NCBI GenBank assembly: GCA_052279835.1
Contig: CP181291.1
Span: 5,216,001 to 5,280,000, forward strand
Reading direction: 5' to 3'
Length of the DNA: 64,000 nucleotides
Source: Microcoleus sp.
Lineage (GTDB): Bacteria; Cyanobacteriota; Cyanobacteriia; Cyanobacteriales; Microcoleaceae
The notes beneath the pieces were generated by a model. It did not search any database and was not told where the DNA came from. It saw nothing but the letters and a program-made list of their open reading frames with translations. Both the position numbers and the translations under genes were made by a program. Positions within the stretch are counted from its first letter, which is position 1. Every line of letters begins with the position of its first letter. This document shows positions 36,085 to 46,543 of the stretch, piece after piece.

Positions 36085-36114
36085 TTGTAGGTTGTTTAGG
36101 GCGATCGAATAGAT

Positions 36115-36148
36115 AAAAACCCGGTTTCTTGAAGAAACCGGGTTTTTT
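36115..36148. terminator. Perfect inverted repeat (AAACCCGGTTTC family), likely bidirectional terminator
   Basis: AAAAACCCGGTTTCTT-G-AAGAAACCGGGTTTTTT just after the RTX gene stop. Confidence 0.7.
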
Positions 36149-36179
36149 GTATTTTTTAAGGGCTACACTTCATCTTGCA

Positions 36180-36266
36180 GTCTAACGTTCCTGGTCAGCG
36201 GCTGCAAACGACCTCCCCAACTTCACCAGCAGATTCTTTCAGTCCGCTGCACCAGGGTTGTTATGC
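36180..36266 (-). other. attC-like integron recombination site
   Basis: Minus strand GCATAAC...CCTGGTGCAGCGG...CCGCTGACCAGG..GTTAGAC: inverse core, paired L boxes with one extrahelical base, core; 87 bp. Confidence 0.75.
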
Positions 36267-36287
36267 CGCGATCTCTAGCGAGAATCT

Positions 36288-36701
36288 TCACTTGGAAAGC
36301 CTTTTTAGCAAAGTTAACAGACTTTGAGAAATAGAATTTTGTCCATCAAAATTATAGCGAAAGTCTCCATATATATTATTACAATCCCAACATATCGAAC
36401 ATTGTACTTGTGAGCCATTCTCTAGGTAAAACCGCAAGCCAAACGGTGGATTATGGCAGCGTGCTTGCTCTCCTAAAGGCAATTGGCGAAATAAATTGGC
36501 AATTTCTTGTACAACCTGACCCTTAATAAGTTTATGAGGCGCGTTATCAAGGATTTTCATTACTTCAAGAGGATGTCTTCCATCAAGAATCAAAATGTCA
36601 ATAGTGCTAACTTCAGGCAGCTTTTCAGGGAGCAAGGGGATAAGTCTTTCCCTATCTAATTCATGGTCTTGCTGTCGAGAAAACGGGTTATTTTTATTCA
36701 T
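36288..36701 (-). CDS. Hypothetical cassette-borne protein (137 aa) with RCH and CxxC motifs
   Basis: AT-rich ORF; ATG 2 nt after GTTAGGA; followed by attC-like site. Confidence 0.7.
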   Translation of the reverse strand: MNKNNPFSRQQDHELDRERLIPLLPEKLPEVSTIDILILDGRHPLEVMKILDNAPHKLIKGQVVQEIANLFRQLPLGEQARCHNPPFGLRFYLENGSQVQCSICWDCNNIYGDFRYNFDGQNSISQSLLTLLKRLSK

Positions 36702-36710
36702 AGTCCTAAC

Positions 36711-36819
36711 CGTTGATGTAGAAAATATTGGTGATGGTGGTTGCGGCGATATAGCCTTCCAAGTTGCCCCGTTCAATTTGCTCGAAAAGGGCGATCGCAC
36801 TCTCAACAAAGGGTTCCCT
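36711..36819 (-). pseudogene. PIN-domain (VapC-like) gene fragment
   Basis: Reads REPFVESAIALFEQIERGNLEGYIAATTITNIFYI, ending at the cassette GTT. Confidence 0.7.
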
Positions 36820-36981
36820 CTAGCCCGCCGATCGACCGCAAGTAATCCAATTTTGATAGCGGGAAAGGGAGGATACTTCATTATGAAAGATCGATATGAG
36901 ACGCCTCAATTATAGCAAGTCCTATAATCTTCTACCAGCAGCTACGGCAGCTTAAATCATGAACTAGGTGCGTGAGGCTTC

Positions 36982-37046
36982 AGAAACCGGGTTTCTGCGT
37001 AAAATCTGATGAGGATTTGAAAAATATCAGAGAAACCCGGTTTCTT
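36982..37046. repeat. AGAAACCGGGTTTCT paired REP-like element
   Basis: Inverted pair; same family at 54887-54949 and degenerate at 1213-1272. Confidence 0.8.
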
Positions 37047-37129
37047 TGACTAATCGCGTCAGGATTTACGTACCCTAACCAAATAAACCTGGTTTTTACC
37101 AAATTTTGCCACTGCGACGAAGTTTCCGC

Positions 37130-37867
37130 CTATTCAACTTCTGGATTTTCCCCAGGCTTTTTCGTTTCTTGTTGATTTTTAGATTGTAACGTTTCACGTG
37201 TTACCAAAAATTTTTTGCCTAAATCTGTAACATCAAGGTATTCGGTCAAATTAATCGATCGTTTCCCATAATCACTCGCTCGAACTATATCACTGATATA
37301 ACCAGATTTTGTTGTAATCAATTTCAAATCTCGTAAACGCCTTAACTCATCACCAACTCTATCTGAAACATAAAAGTTATAATTTGTCTTGGTCTCAGAA
37401 TGCCTGTAAAGCTGGTCTATTTTTTCATAATCCTTATCCCCAAGCAAGAAATTATACATAAAAGCTTGCGTTTCTTCTAAATTATTTTGTTGTTTTTCCA
37501 GTTGTTATAATTGTTTTGCTTGAAGCTCATAAATTCTCTTTTTCTGTTCATTAACTTCTTGCTTTAGTTGCTTGAATTTAGCTGTAACGCCACCATCCTT
37601 AGAAACACCAAAATCCTCTAATCTGTTAAGTAACCCAGAGTTAAAGAGAAATACAAGAGCAATTAGTATAATATCAGGAGCTTCTATCTTTCGAGGTTGT
37701 CGCTTTTCTTCAAAGTACATTGGGCTAATTAGGCTAAAGATTAGATAACCCATTCCTATGAATGAAACAATTTCGATCCACCAATTTCTAGCATTTTTAT
37801 ATTCTTCACTGGAACCGCTGCTCATGGGCTGCATTTCTATTTTCTCTTGATTATTTTCTTCGCTCAT
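37130..37867 (-). pseudogene. Membrane-anchored hypothetical protein split by an in-frame TAA at 37505-37507
   Basis: Both ORFs are in one frame: ELQAKQL*QLEKQQNNLEETQAFMYNF; AAGGAGG RBS before ATG 37867. Confidence 0.7.
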
Positions 37868-38248
37868 AAATACCTCCTTTAAACGATACCTTAAAAATCC
37901 AAGTGGCTCTTCTCTAATGACGGATGAAAAGTGTGCGGAGTTTTTCCAGCATTTCAAACACACAGTCCTCGACGCAACTTCCACTGAGGCGATCGCCACT
38001 CGATCGCCTTGCGCCCCGTCACCCGTCCTCTAGAACCCTTGTGAGAGTTGCTGCTAGGACTGTCCAATTTAAAATCTCCTATAAAATATCCCTCCCGCGC
38101 CCTTGGGCACATAAAAATCCGATCTCTTGCATCTTTTCCCAAAAAGGTTAAGATAGCTTCAAACCGAGATTTATGCGCCAAAGGGTGAGAGAGGGCCCGA
38201 TCAAGAAGACAAGTTTTAGGTTAAATCAAGTCCGTCCAGACAGGTGGT

Positions 38249-38587
38249 TTAACCTTTCCAGTCTTTGGCAGATTGTTCGAGAACGTAGGTTGCGACATCC
38301 TCAATTTGTGCAGGCTTCAAACGACCACCGAAAGCAGGCATCGCATTTTTGCCCTTTGTTACCTGAGTGGTAATAGCTTCGATAGAATTCATGCCGTACT
38401 TCTCTAAAGCTGCCGATTTCAAGGTTTTGGCAGACACAACCACGTTGCCACCACCGACGTGACAAGCAGCACAGTTGGCGCTAAAGAGTTTAGCTCCGTT
38501 AGCCGCATCTCCAGCTAAAGCAGGGCTGCCGAAGCCGACAGTAAAAATTGCCAACGCTAACAGAGCGATCGATAAGAGTCTTTTCAA
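38249..38587 (-). CDS. petJ: Cytochrome c6
   Basis: Signal peptide, [13 protein letters not shown]. Confidence 0.95.
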   Translation of the reverse strand: MKRLLSIALLALAIFTVGFGSPALAGDAANGAKLFSANCAACHVGGGNVVVSAKTLKSAALEKYGMNSIEAITTQVTKGKNAMPAFGGRLKPAQIEDVATYVLEQSAKDWKG

Positions 38588-38711
38588 CGTAGTTCTCCTC
38601 TAATGGACACAGTTAATTGTGATTCTTCAGTTATTTTACCCGTTTAGTCACCCGCAAACACCTAGTAGCGATCGCGATTTTTCGAGTAGTTAACCACTTT
38701 GGGCGGGCGAT

Positions 38712-39212
38712 TCAACTCTCCAGATTATCAATACCCCATCCCGGAGCCTTTTGAGCGGCCCGAAGCACAAAAGCAGCCAAATCTTCAATCTGAGTCTGGG
38801 ACATCCAGCTTTCGGGTACTTGGCGGCACCAAAAAGTTTCCTCACTACCGTCATAAGTCATTGGTTGTCTCAGATAGGCTACCAAACTATTGATGTCCTT
38901 GCGGGGAGGGGTTGCTCCCTGGAGATCCGTCAAAGATAGAGAAATAGTCGGATCTGGCAAAGTCGCTCCTCCGACGTGACAGTTGAGGCAATTTTGCTCG
39001 AACAACCGCTTGCCGGCGGACAAATCCTCAGCCGAAAATAATCGAGTGTGTCCCTCAGCATCCAATTCCAGTGGCACAGGTTCGCTGACTTTTAAATAGC
39101 GAGTCACATAGGAATCAGCAGCAGCCAAAACAGGTTGAGGTGCCAGCAGCACCATCGGCAAAATCACTAAAATTCCTAACAGAAAACAGACAAAAACACC
39201 ACGACGCAGCAT
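38712..39212 (-). CDS. psbV2: Photosystem II cytochrome PsbV2
   Basis: CLNCHVGG, GATPPR, PMTYDG..C; between psbV and petJ. Confidence 0.9.
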   Translation of the reverse strand: MLRRGVFVCFLLGILVILPMVLLAPQPVLAAADSYVTRYLKVSEPVPLELDAEGHTRLFSAEDLSAGKRLFEQNCLNCHVGGATLPDPTISLSLTDLQGATPPRKDINSLVAYLRQPMTYDGSEETFWCRQVPESWMSQTQIEDLAAFVLRAAQKAPGWGIDNLES

Positions 39213-39367
39213 GAGAGCCTACAACTTTTTGCGATATTAAATGAGGAGAGGTTAAATTTTAGATTTCAGATTTTCGATAGAAGCCAACCAGGGAACAACA
39301 ATCTATTTTGCGGAACTCTAGCCCCCTTCCCATCCAAAATCTCAAATCTAAAATTTCCTAAAATCGA

Positions 39368-39856
39368 TTAGCGAGCGCCTTTACCACCAGCCCACTGGGT
39401 TCCCACAATTTTTGGCTGCAACAAAATGTGACCGCCAATGGCGTACAAATCATCATCCGAAAGATTTCTCATTTCAGCGAAAATATCCGCGCTTTTCATG
39501 CTCGGATGCAGCTCAGAAATTTCCTCAAAGCCGTCATAAGTCGTGGGGTTTTTCATATAGTCAACCAGCGACTTAATATTATTACGGGGTGGATTTGCCA
39601 AAGCCAAAGTTTCAGGGCTCAAGTTCAAATTCGGGTCAGTTTTAGTCATGCCAGCAGCGTGACATTGAGCACAGGCTGAGTTAAACAACCGTTTGCCTTC
39701 CTGAACCTGTTTGAGGCTCAGCACTACGGGAGTGCCTTTGTCATCTAATGTCACGGTGCGTAGTTGAGGACTGAGTTCTACTGCCATCGCACTACTGACA
39801 AAGAATTGAAAAGTCATGAATACAGCAGTCAGAGCAATGAAATATCTTTTAAGCAT
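39368..39856 (-). CDS. psbV: Cytochrome c550
   Basis: CAQCH, TKTDPN, YMKNPTTYDG, ELHPS, HILLQPK. Confidence 0.96.
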   Translation of the reverse strand: MLKRYFIALTAVFMTFQFFVSSAMAVELSPQLRTVTLDDKGTPVVLSLKQVQEGKRLFNSACAQCHAAGMTKTDPNLNLSPETLALANPPRNNIKSLVDYMKNPTTYDGFEEISELHPSMKSADIFAEMRNLSDDDLYAIGGHILLQPKIVGTQWAGGKGAR

Positions 39857-40007
39857 GGTTCTCCTTAAAAAAAAATCAGGGGAAAGTATTGAATGCTCTT
39901 TTGGGGGAGCTAGTAAACAGATTGCTGTTCAAGATTCCACCGCCGGGAAAAACTGGTGACAGTTGATGCGGTTCTACCTTTAAAGGTAAGGGAATTATGG
40001 CATCAAT

Positions 40008-40199
40008 CTAATCTGCAAGAAGTTTTGAGTCGCGCCTTTTTTCGAGAGCGGACATAATTGCCTTAACATCCTCTAGGGCCAAACGGGTTTGAGGATGCTT
40101 GTATGCAATTTCTAACTCGTCGCACAAGCGGATCACGTCTTCAACAGGGACGTTGAAGTCCTCTGCTATTTCTGCGATGGACAGGTCTGCAAAACCCAT
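40008..40199 (-). CDS. Conserved small cyanobacterial protein (IF-2 N-terminal-like)
   Basis: MGFADLSIAEIA...TRLALED motif; typical position upstream of psbV. Confidence 0.75.
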   Translation of the reverse strand: MGFADLSIAEIAEDFNVPVEDVIRLCDELEIAYKHPQTRLALEDVKAIMSALEKRRDSKLLAD

Positions 40200-40543
40200 A
40201 GTTTTTAGGTCGCTGACGGGTAAAAATGGGGTTAATCGCTCTTAACTGAAATCTGGATAATTTCACCAAGCGCTGTTAGTTTGTTCTGAGGTTTATAGAA
40301 CGCCAGAGCGATCGTTAAATGCAGGATTAGCCCTGGGGCTATTTACTGCTATTGACAATGCCTGAGTTCTGATTGAGTCTGTCAGAGCCAACTAAGTTCT
40401 AACAGCCAGTAGGCATTTTTGCTCAGTTCAGCTTTCTAGTCAATCAACTTCCAATCAATATCATCCCACTGCGGTGTCCTAATGAACAATGAACATCAGA
40501 AGCGGCAGCTAGAACTAACACAATATCAGGAAGGGCTTGATGG

Positions 40544-41494
40544 TTAGGGTGAAAGTTTGAAAGCATGAGTCTGTGCGGGCAAAGCGTGGCTGTCTATTGG
40601 TGTGTGATGCTCTAGTTCTGAGGGAGCCAATAAAGGTTGGGGCTGGTGAAGACTAATTAGCTGAGCCAGGGTTTTCTTGAGCTGAGTCCTAGGGACGATG
40701 ATATCTACAAAGCCGTGGGCAAAGGAGTATTCGGAAGTTTGATAGTTCTCCGGCAACTTTTCCCGCAGAGTTTGCTCGATCACCCGGCCGCCGGTAAAGG
40801 CTACAGTTGCTTTTGGTTCTGCAATGGTAATGTCTCCCAGCATGGCAAAACTCGCGGTGACACCGCCGGTCGTCGGGTGAGTCAAAATTGGGATGTACAA
40901 CTGTCTGGCTTCGCGGTGGCGTTCCAGAGCACCGGAGATTTTCGCCATTTGCATCAAGCTGAGCATTCCTTCTTGCATTCTCGCACCGCCGGAAGCGCAG
41001 ACAATGATGACGGGTAGCTTTTCCCGCGTTCCGTATTCGATGAGGCGAGTTAGTTTTTCTCCGACAACGGAACCCATACTGCCACCGATGAATTGAAATT
41101 CCATGACTCCCAGGGCGATAGGGAAACTTTCGAGTTTGCCGATGCCTGTTTCTACTGCGTCTAAGTGGCCTGTTTTTTCTTGAAATTCTCGAAGCCGATC
41201 GCTATATTTTTTGCGATCGCGAAATTTCAAGGGGTCGGTGGCGTGGAGTCCTTCGTTAATGGGCATCCAAGTATGGGCATCGATCAACTGCTCAATGCGG
41301 TCGTCGCTGTAAACTCTCATGTGATGCCCGCATTCCAAGCAAACCATTTGATTTGCTCGCAGGTCTTTGGTGTAACTGAGCGCATCGCAAGCTTCGCATT
41401 TATTCCAAAGCCCGTCGGCAATTTCTCGTTCCGGCCGTTCTTGAGAGTTCGGTACTGATTTTCTTCGATTTGCAAACCAATCAAATAGAGACAT
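40544..41494 (-). CDS. accD: Acetyl-CoA carboxylase carboxyltransferase beta subunit
   Basis: MSLFDWFA, C4 zinc finger, [31 protein letters not shown]. Confidence 0.97.
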   Translation of the reverse strand: MSLFDWFANRRKSVPNSQERPEREIADGLWNKCEACDALSYTKDLRANQMVCLECGHHMRVYSDDRIEQLIDAHTWMPINEGLHATDPLKFRDRKKYSDRLREFQEKTGHLDAVETGIGKLESFPIALGVMEFQFIGGSMGSVVGEKLTRLIEYGTREKLPVIIVCASGGARMQEGMLSLMQMAKISGALERHREARQLYIPILTHPTTGGVTASFAMLGDITIAEPKATVAFTGGRVIEQTLREKLPENYQTSEYSFAHGFVDIIVPRTQLKKTLAQLISLHQPQPLLAPSELEHHTPIDSHALPAQTHAFKLSP

Positions 41495-41507
41495 TAAAAT
41501 TTAGTAA

Positions 41508-41640
41508 TTGTTAACTGTTGACTGTTGACTGTTGACTGTGTTTATAGGTTATTTATTATTTGTTATTTGTTAGCTGCTACTAATAATTCATAACCTATAT
41601 ATGACTATTGACAATAAACAACTGACTATTGTACCACTGT
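41508..41640. repeat. Heptamer short tandem repeats (STRR-like)
   Basis: GTTGACT x3 and TTATTTG units; similar runs at 10675, 42514-42567, 50570-50605, 58035. Confidence 0.7.
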
Positions 41641-41641
41641 T

Positions 41642-42469
41642 TCACGGCATCTTCATAAAAAACAACTGCCAGTAAGTAGATAAGATCGCTTCGCCCCACA
41701 AAACTGTAATTGCTGCACCGAGAGCGAGAAATGGACCAAAAGGCATGGGTTGGCGTCGATCGAGCAATCCCAGGGCGATCGCCCCGCCGCCAGCAAAAGC
41801 CCCGGTAGCACAGGCGAGAAAGCCCGCTAACAGCAAGTATTTCCACCCCAGCCAAGCTCCCATCAAAGCAGCCAATTTGGTATCGCCAGCCCCCATCGCA
41901 TTTTGGCCAAGGGCGATGGCACCGGCTAAACCAATGATGTCAAACAGCCACAGCCCTACAACCGCTCCTAGGATACCGTCGAGTACCAGATAGTTTACTG
42001 AGTCGATCGGACTAAATATGGGCCACCAACCCTTAGCGATTTGGAAAACCAGCCCCATCACTAAACCCGATCGAGTCAAAGAATTAGGCAAAGTCATGGT
42101 GTCGAGATCGATCAAAGACAAAGCCAAAAGCCAGCTAAAAAAAGCCCAAAACCCCAGAGTGTTTACGGTGGGTCCAAACTGCCAGAAAATCAGCAAAAAC
42201 AGCAAACCCGTAGCCGCTTCCACCAGGGGATACCGTAGAGAAATCCGGCTGCGACAATACTTACAGCGTCCCCGTAACCACAGCCAACCAAAAACAGGTA
42301 CATTTTCGTAAGATTGAAGCTGATTCAAGCATTTGGGACAGCGAGAAGGAGGATGTATCACTGACAAACCCGCAGGTAAGCGATAAACTACCACATTCAA
42401 GAAACTACCGATCGCCGAACCCAAAGCAAATACAATAGAAGAGACAAGACAATTAAAGATGATGTCCAT
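41642..42469 (-). CDS. pilD: Prepilin peptidase
   Basis: GSFLNVVVYRLP, two CxxC, YPLVE, IDLD, MGAGDTKL, PFGPFL. Confidence 0.93.
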   Translation of the reverse strand: MDIIFNCLVSSIVFALGSAIGSFLNVVVYRLPAGLSVIHPPSRCPKCLNQLQSYENVPVFGWLWLRGRCKYCRSRISLRYPLVEAATGLLFLLIFWQFGPTVNTLGFWAFFSWLLALSLIDLDTMTLPNSLTRSGLVMGLVFQIAKGWWPIFSPIDSVNYLVLDGILGAVVGLWLFDIIGLAGAIALGQNAMGAGDTKLAALMGAWLGWKYLLLAGFLACATGAFAGGGAIALGLLDRRQPMPFGPFLALGAAITVLWGEAILSTYWQLFFMKMP

Positions 42470-42567
42470 AGTCAACAAATCACTAATAAATAATGAGCTA
42501 GAGTTAGCCCAAAGATAACCAATAACCAATAACCAACAACCAACAACAAATAACAAATAACCAATAA

Positions 42568-42828
42568 CTAATACATTTGCGATTCAATCTCTTCAAAAGT
42601 AACAAAACGTTCACCGGGCAACAAAATTGGCTGCGAAGTGAAAATCAACTGACCTCGATCGCTTCCTTGACAGACAACAACACCAGCCGGACGTTGTAGG
42701 CGGTCGGAATGAACTTTAAGATATAGACCATAGACCGATCGAGCTACTCGGATCAAATCGGGAGCAAGTAACCTGAAACTATCGGAAGTTTCTCTCATTG
42801 GTTCGGGGCTGGACTGGTATTCTATCAC
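42568..42828 (-). CDS. Conserved hypothetical cyanobacterial protein
   Basis: Clean ORF co-oriented with pilD-accD; GQLIF...PILLP.E motif. Confidence 0.65.
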   Translation of the reverse strand: MIEYQSSPEPMRETSDSFRLLAPDLIRVARSVYGLYLKVHSDRLQRPAGVVVCQGSDRGQLIFTSQPILLPGERFVTFEEIESQMY

Positions 42829-42915
42829 TGGAAACTGATCATAATCGTATAGGTCTAGCTATTGGTGTCGCCACTAGATCGATCGAACTTACCTTATTTT
42901 TTAACAATAGACTAG

Positions 42916-44484
42916 GTGGAAATTAATAAATTAACCTACAATCCTCCTTTGGCAGAGATTGAACTGCGACTACGAGGGCTGCTCCCAGCCTCACTGTACA
43001 CCTCCGCCTGGGTAGATTCGTCGCCAGCGACACTAATGGGGGTCTTCGAGCATCTACGTACTCTCCGATACATAATTCACGACTACGTGCCCAAACAGGT
43101 GTCGGAATCTCCTCCCAATCCAGGGGAAGTGAGCTACCAATGGCAAGAAGGGACTCTTCTGTTCACGGATTTAGCAGGGTTTACATCCTTATTGGAAGCA
43201 AATGCGGCCCTGGGACGCCAGGGAGCTGAAACCTTGCTGGGGGTGATTAACGACTATTTTGCCTCGATGATCGAAATTGTCAGTAAGTCCGGGGGAGATT
43301 TGCTGGAGTTTACCGGAGATGCGATGTTAGTGCAATTCCTGGCCGGCATTCACCAAGAGGATACAGCTAGGGCCGTCCGTGCTGGTTTGCGAATGCAGCG
43401 AGCCATGGCTAAATTTGCGCGTATTGAAACCCCACGGGGTGTTTTGTCTTTGAGGATGCGAGTGGGTATCCACTGCGGCCGCTACATTACTGCCGACATC
43501 GGTACGCCACTGCGGATGGCTCATGTGTTGCTTGGTCATTCAGTCCAGCAAGCCAAGCAAGCTGAGGGTTCTGGAACTGTGGGAAGGGTGTGTTTGACGA
43601 CTACTTCGAGTTTGTGTTTGGGAGAGCAATTTCGGTTTGAACCAGGAGCAGCGGGTTATTTTTTGGTGGTGGACGATCTGACGGAGGATCTACTAGGAGA
43701 ATATGATATTACTCTAACTAGACGGCGGATGCCGAGTTCGGTATTGCTCGATCGCAGCATTGCGGGCCTAGTGAGCGAAATCCAGGAAGCTCTCAACCGG
43801 GTTGAACCCCTTGCTAGCTATATCCCCAAGCCGATTCTGAGACTACTGGTAGAAAATGCTAACAGGCGAAAAATTCCCCCAGATTTTCCCGAACCAACGG
43901 TGATGTTTGTCAATTTAGTGGGCTTACCAGAGTCCATCGACAAAGCTTCACCGGAGGAAGAAGTAGCTCTGATTCTCGGTTGTTCGAGGGTTTTTGCGTC
44001 GATCGATGCCGTAGTATCAGCAAAAGCAGGCGTGTTGCAAAAAGTAACCGCGCACTTGAACGGTTCCGATATGCTGATCTATTTTGGCGTGCCCGACGCT
44101 CATCGGGATGATGCTTGTCGCGCCGCTAGCGCCGCTTTGGCGATACGAGAGATTATCACCACTTTGCATCCGCCAATTATCGGCGGTCAAGCAGTCAAAG
44201 TAAGCTGTCAAATAGGGCTGTGCCAGGGGCCCGTGTTTGCTGCTGAGGTTGGCGAACCCCGTGGTCGCAGGGAGTTTAATGTTTTGGGAGATACGGTGAA
44301 TACGGCGGCTAGATTGATGACCAAGGCTGGGGAAAACGAAATTTTGATTAGCGAAAGGGTGTTTGAGGCGATCGGCTTAGAATTCAATTGCGAGGCTTTG
44401 GGAGCTGTTGCTCTCAAGGGCAAATCGGCTCTGACTCCGATTTTTGCTTTACACGGTTCCCATCTCGAAAACGGAAAAGGGTAG
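42916..44484 (+). CDS. Class III nucleotide cyclase with two tandem catalytic domains
   Basis: FTDLAGFT/EFTGDA/MRVGIH in domain 1; GDTVNTAARL in domain 2. Confidence 0.88.
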   Translation: MEINKLTYNPPLAEIELRLRGLLPASLYTSAWVDSSPATLMGVFEHLRTLRYIIHDYVPKQVSESPPNPGEVSYQWQEGTLLFTDLAGFTSLLEANAALGRQGAETLLGVINDYFASMIEIVSKSGGDLLEFTGDAMLVQFLAGIHQEDTARAVRAGLRMQRAMAKFARIETPRGVLSLRMRVGIHCGRYITADIGTPLRMAHVLLGHSVQQAKQAEGSGTVGRVCLTTTSSLCLGEQFRFEPGAAGYFLVVDDLTEDLLGEYDITLTRRRMPSSVLLDRSIAGLVSEIQEALNRVEPLASYIPKPILRLLVENANRRKIPPDFPEPTVMFVNLVGLPESIDKASPEEEVALILGCSRVFASIDAVVSAKAGVLQKVTAHLNGSDMLIYFGVPDAHRDDACRAASAALAIREIITTLHPPIIGGQAVKVSCQIGLCQGPVFAAEVGEPRGRREFNVLGDTVNTAARLMTKAGENEILISERVFEAIGLEFNCEALGAVALKGKSALTPIFALHGSHLENGKG

Positions 44485-44499
44485 ATCTAAATGGCTGGG

Positions 44500-45009
44500 T
44501 CAATCGCAAATACTAAATTCCGATCGATACTTCACAGTTGAGCTGCAATTGTCCAAAGCTCCACTTTCTAACTCCAACACCATAAAAGCCTCATCGGGAA
44601 CCTCATATTCACATCGCAAGTTTTTTCTACTAGCAGGAATGAAGCCAAAACGCGAATAGAAATCTGGATAGCCCAGCACAAACACTGCGTGAAATCCCGA
44701 TCGCACACACTCTTGTAAACCATGCTGGATCAGTAAGGTTCCTATACCTTGGCGCTGATAGTTGGGAAGAACTGCCACAGGTCCCAAGCCCAGAATCGAC
44801 AACTCCCTGGAACATTTCTCAACCAATGTAACCGGACTGAAAAAAACCTGTCCGACAATGCGATCGGATTGCACTGCAACCAAGGAAAATGTAGATCTAA
44901 TTCCGCGCAATCGATCTACTAAATTTGCCTCATTTGCTCGCCCGAATGCCGTCATGTTAACTTCGCGAACGGCTGTTAAATCTTCTGGTTTTTCAGTCCG
45001 AATATCCAT
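44500..45009 (-). CDS. GNAT N-acetyltransferase (YhbS-like)
   Basis: LGPVAV.P.YQRQGIG, VLG.P.FYSRFGF. Confidence 0.9.
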   Translation of the reverse strand: MDIRTEKPEDLTAVREVNMTAFGRANEANLVDRLRGIRSTFSLVAVQSDRIVGQVFFSPVTLVEKCSRELSILGLGPVAVLPNYQRQGIGTLLIQHGLQECVRSGFHAVFVLGYPDFYSRFGFIPASRKNLRCEYEVPDEAFMVLELESGALDNCSSTVKYRSEFSICD

Positions 45010-45048
45010 ACTATTGAGTTTAACTTAAATAGGATCGCATCACTCTCC

Positions 45049-46113
45049 TTATTGTGGCACAAGCTGACCAGAAGACAATCGTTTAATCCCCTCCATCGCT
45101 GTAGTTTCTCCTGCTTTGTCTCCACCCTCGCGGGCATTTTTCAAAGCTCGTTCGTAGGATTCCAAAGCTTTAGCATACTGACCTTGACCTTCATAAATCG
45201 CACCCATATTATTCAGCAAACGTCCCACACTTGTCTTGTCACCGATGGCTTCTAGCATAATCATTGCTTGCTGAAAATAGATCAGGGCTTGACTATCTTT
45301 ACCCAGTTTGCGAGAAGTAAGTGCCATGTTATTGAGCAAGCGACCGACACCCGCCCTATCTGCTATTTCACGGCGAATAGCCAAAGCTTGCTGGTAAAAT
45401 TCCATCGCTCTGTTGAAGTCGCCGATGTTGTAATAGACTCCACCCATGTTATTGAGGGTACGCCCTAAATCTCGTCGATCGCCCTTAGCGGTGCGAATGG
45501 TTCGGGCTTGCTGGTAAAATTCGATCGCCTTGGCATAATTTCCCTGTTCTCCATACACAGCCCCAATATTGTGAAAAGATTCTCCAATTTCAATTTCATC
45601 CTCAGCAGTTTTAGCTAATTCCAAAGCTTCTTGATGCAGTTTCATCGCTTCGGAAAAATTGTCCGCAACCCGGTTGATAAAACCCATGAGATTGAGGGTT
45701 CGCGCCGTGCTACTCCTAGCCCCGATGTCTCGGTTAATGACTAAAGCTTGCTGCAAAACTGCTAAAGCTTTGGGAAGTAAACCGATTTCGCCGTAAACTT
45801 CCCCTAAATTATTGAGGGTTTCTCCTATCCCCGGTTTGTCACCTAATTGCTGGCGAATTGCCAAAGCTTGTTCAAAAGCTTCGATTGCTTCCCGAAACAA
45901 ACCTTGGCGGTGATCCTTTATGCCTTTTTCCTGGAGTGTGTCTGCTTGTGTTTTGAGGTTTGTTGCTTGGGCGCGATCGGTCCCTGGGAAGCCCCTAGGA
46001 TTTATCATTGGAGCAGATGCCAAAGCCTCTGAGAGGCCTAAGAATGTCAGCGCAGGCGATAGGACAAGAGTTATAGCTGCGACATAGCTGAAGTGGTAAG
46101 AGCGGCTGTACAC
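45049..46113 (-). CDS. Secreted TPR protein
   Basis: Signal-like N-terminus; repeated TLNNLG.VY...G...KA...YQQAL.I. Confidence 0.88.
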   Translation of the reverse strand: MYSRSYHFSYVAAITLVLSPALTFLGLSEALASAPMINPRGFPGTDRAQATNLKTQADTLQEKGIKDHRQGLFREAIEAFEQALAIRQQLGDKPGIGETLNNLGEVYGEIGLLPKALAVLQQALVINRDIGARSSTARTLNLMGFINRVADNFSEAMKLHQEALELAKTAEDEIEIGESFHNIGAVYGEQGNYAKAIEFYQQARTIRTAKGDRRDLGRTLNNMGGVYYNIGDFNRAMEFYQQALAIRREIADRAGVGRLLNNMALTSRKLGKDSQALIYFQQAMIMLEAIGDKTSVGRLLNNMGAIYEGQGQYAKALESYERALKNAREGGDKAGETTAMEGIKRLSSGQLVPQ

Positions 46114-46230
46114 CGAACAAGTCCTCCAAAAGCCAAATTATCTAACTTTCAAGATAGAGCTATTTTGGCTTACTGGCACATTTGTTCTCAGCTAATATCT
46201 TCTGAGCTTGCTTAGGGAAAATTCCTTCTC

Positions 46231-46470
46231 TCACCAAATAGCCATAATCAGTGGCATATTGTTGAGTGCGGAAATCAGAACTGGGTTTTTACTGAATGGA
46301 AGTGATGCTTGTTCTGAACTATGCAAGATGATATCTTTTGTGTCAAGTGTGATCCAGGCAATTCCTGACAATACTTGAACTTCTCGATGAGTTTGAGGCA
46401 CTCTGTATACCTCGTTTTTCATCAGGATAATGCGATTTGGTGCTACTAACTCGGAAGCTGTTTGAAGCAT
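46231..46470 (-). CDS. Small cupin-like protein (DUF2917-like)
   Basis: VLSGIAWIT...DIIL motif; AGGAG RBS. Confidence 0.6.
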   Translation of the reverse strand: MLQTASELVAPNRIILMKNEVYRVPQTHREVQVLSGIAWITLDTKDIILHSSEQASLPFSKNPVLISALNNMPLIMAIW

Positions 46471-46543
46471 ACTATCTCCTGTGAAATTAAATTGTCACCA
46501 ACCAAAAAATCCGAAAATCAAAAGCAATAATTATGGGAAATGT

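Noticed and set aside
36702..36881. 60-aa N-terminal extension of the 197-aa ORF
   Set aside because: Out-of-frame read-through of the PIN fragment; ATG 36701 beside the GTT core is the better start
38249..39856. psbV-psbV2-petJ as a novel cluster
   Set aside because: Known conserved cyanobacterial arrangement
40200..40543. tRNA or ncRNA downstream of accD
   Set aside because: No cloverleaf, T-loop or recognisable family motif
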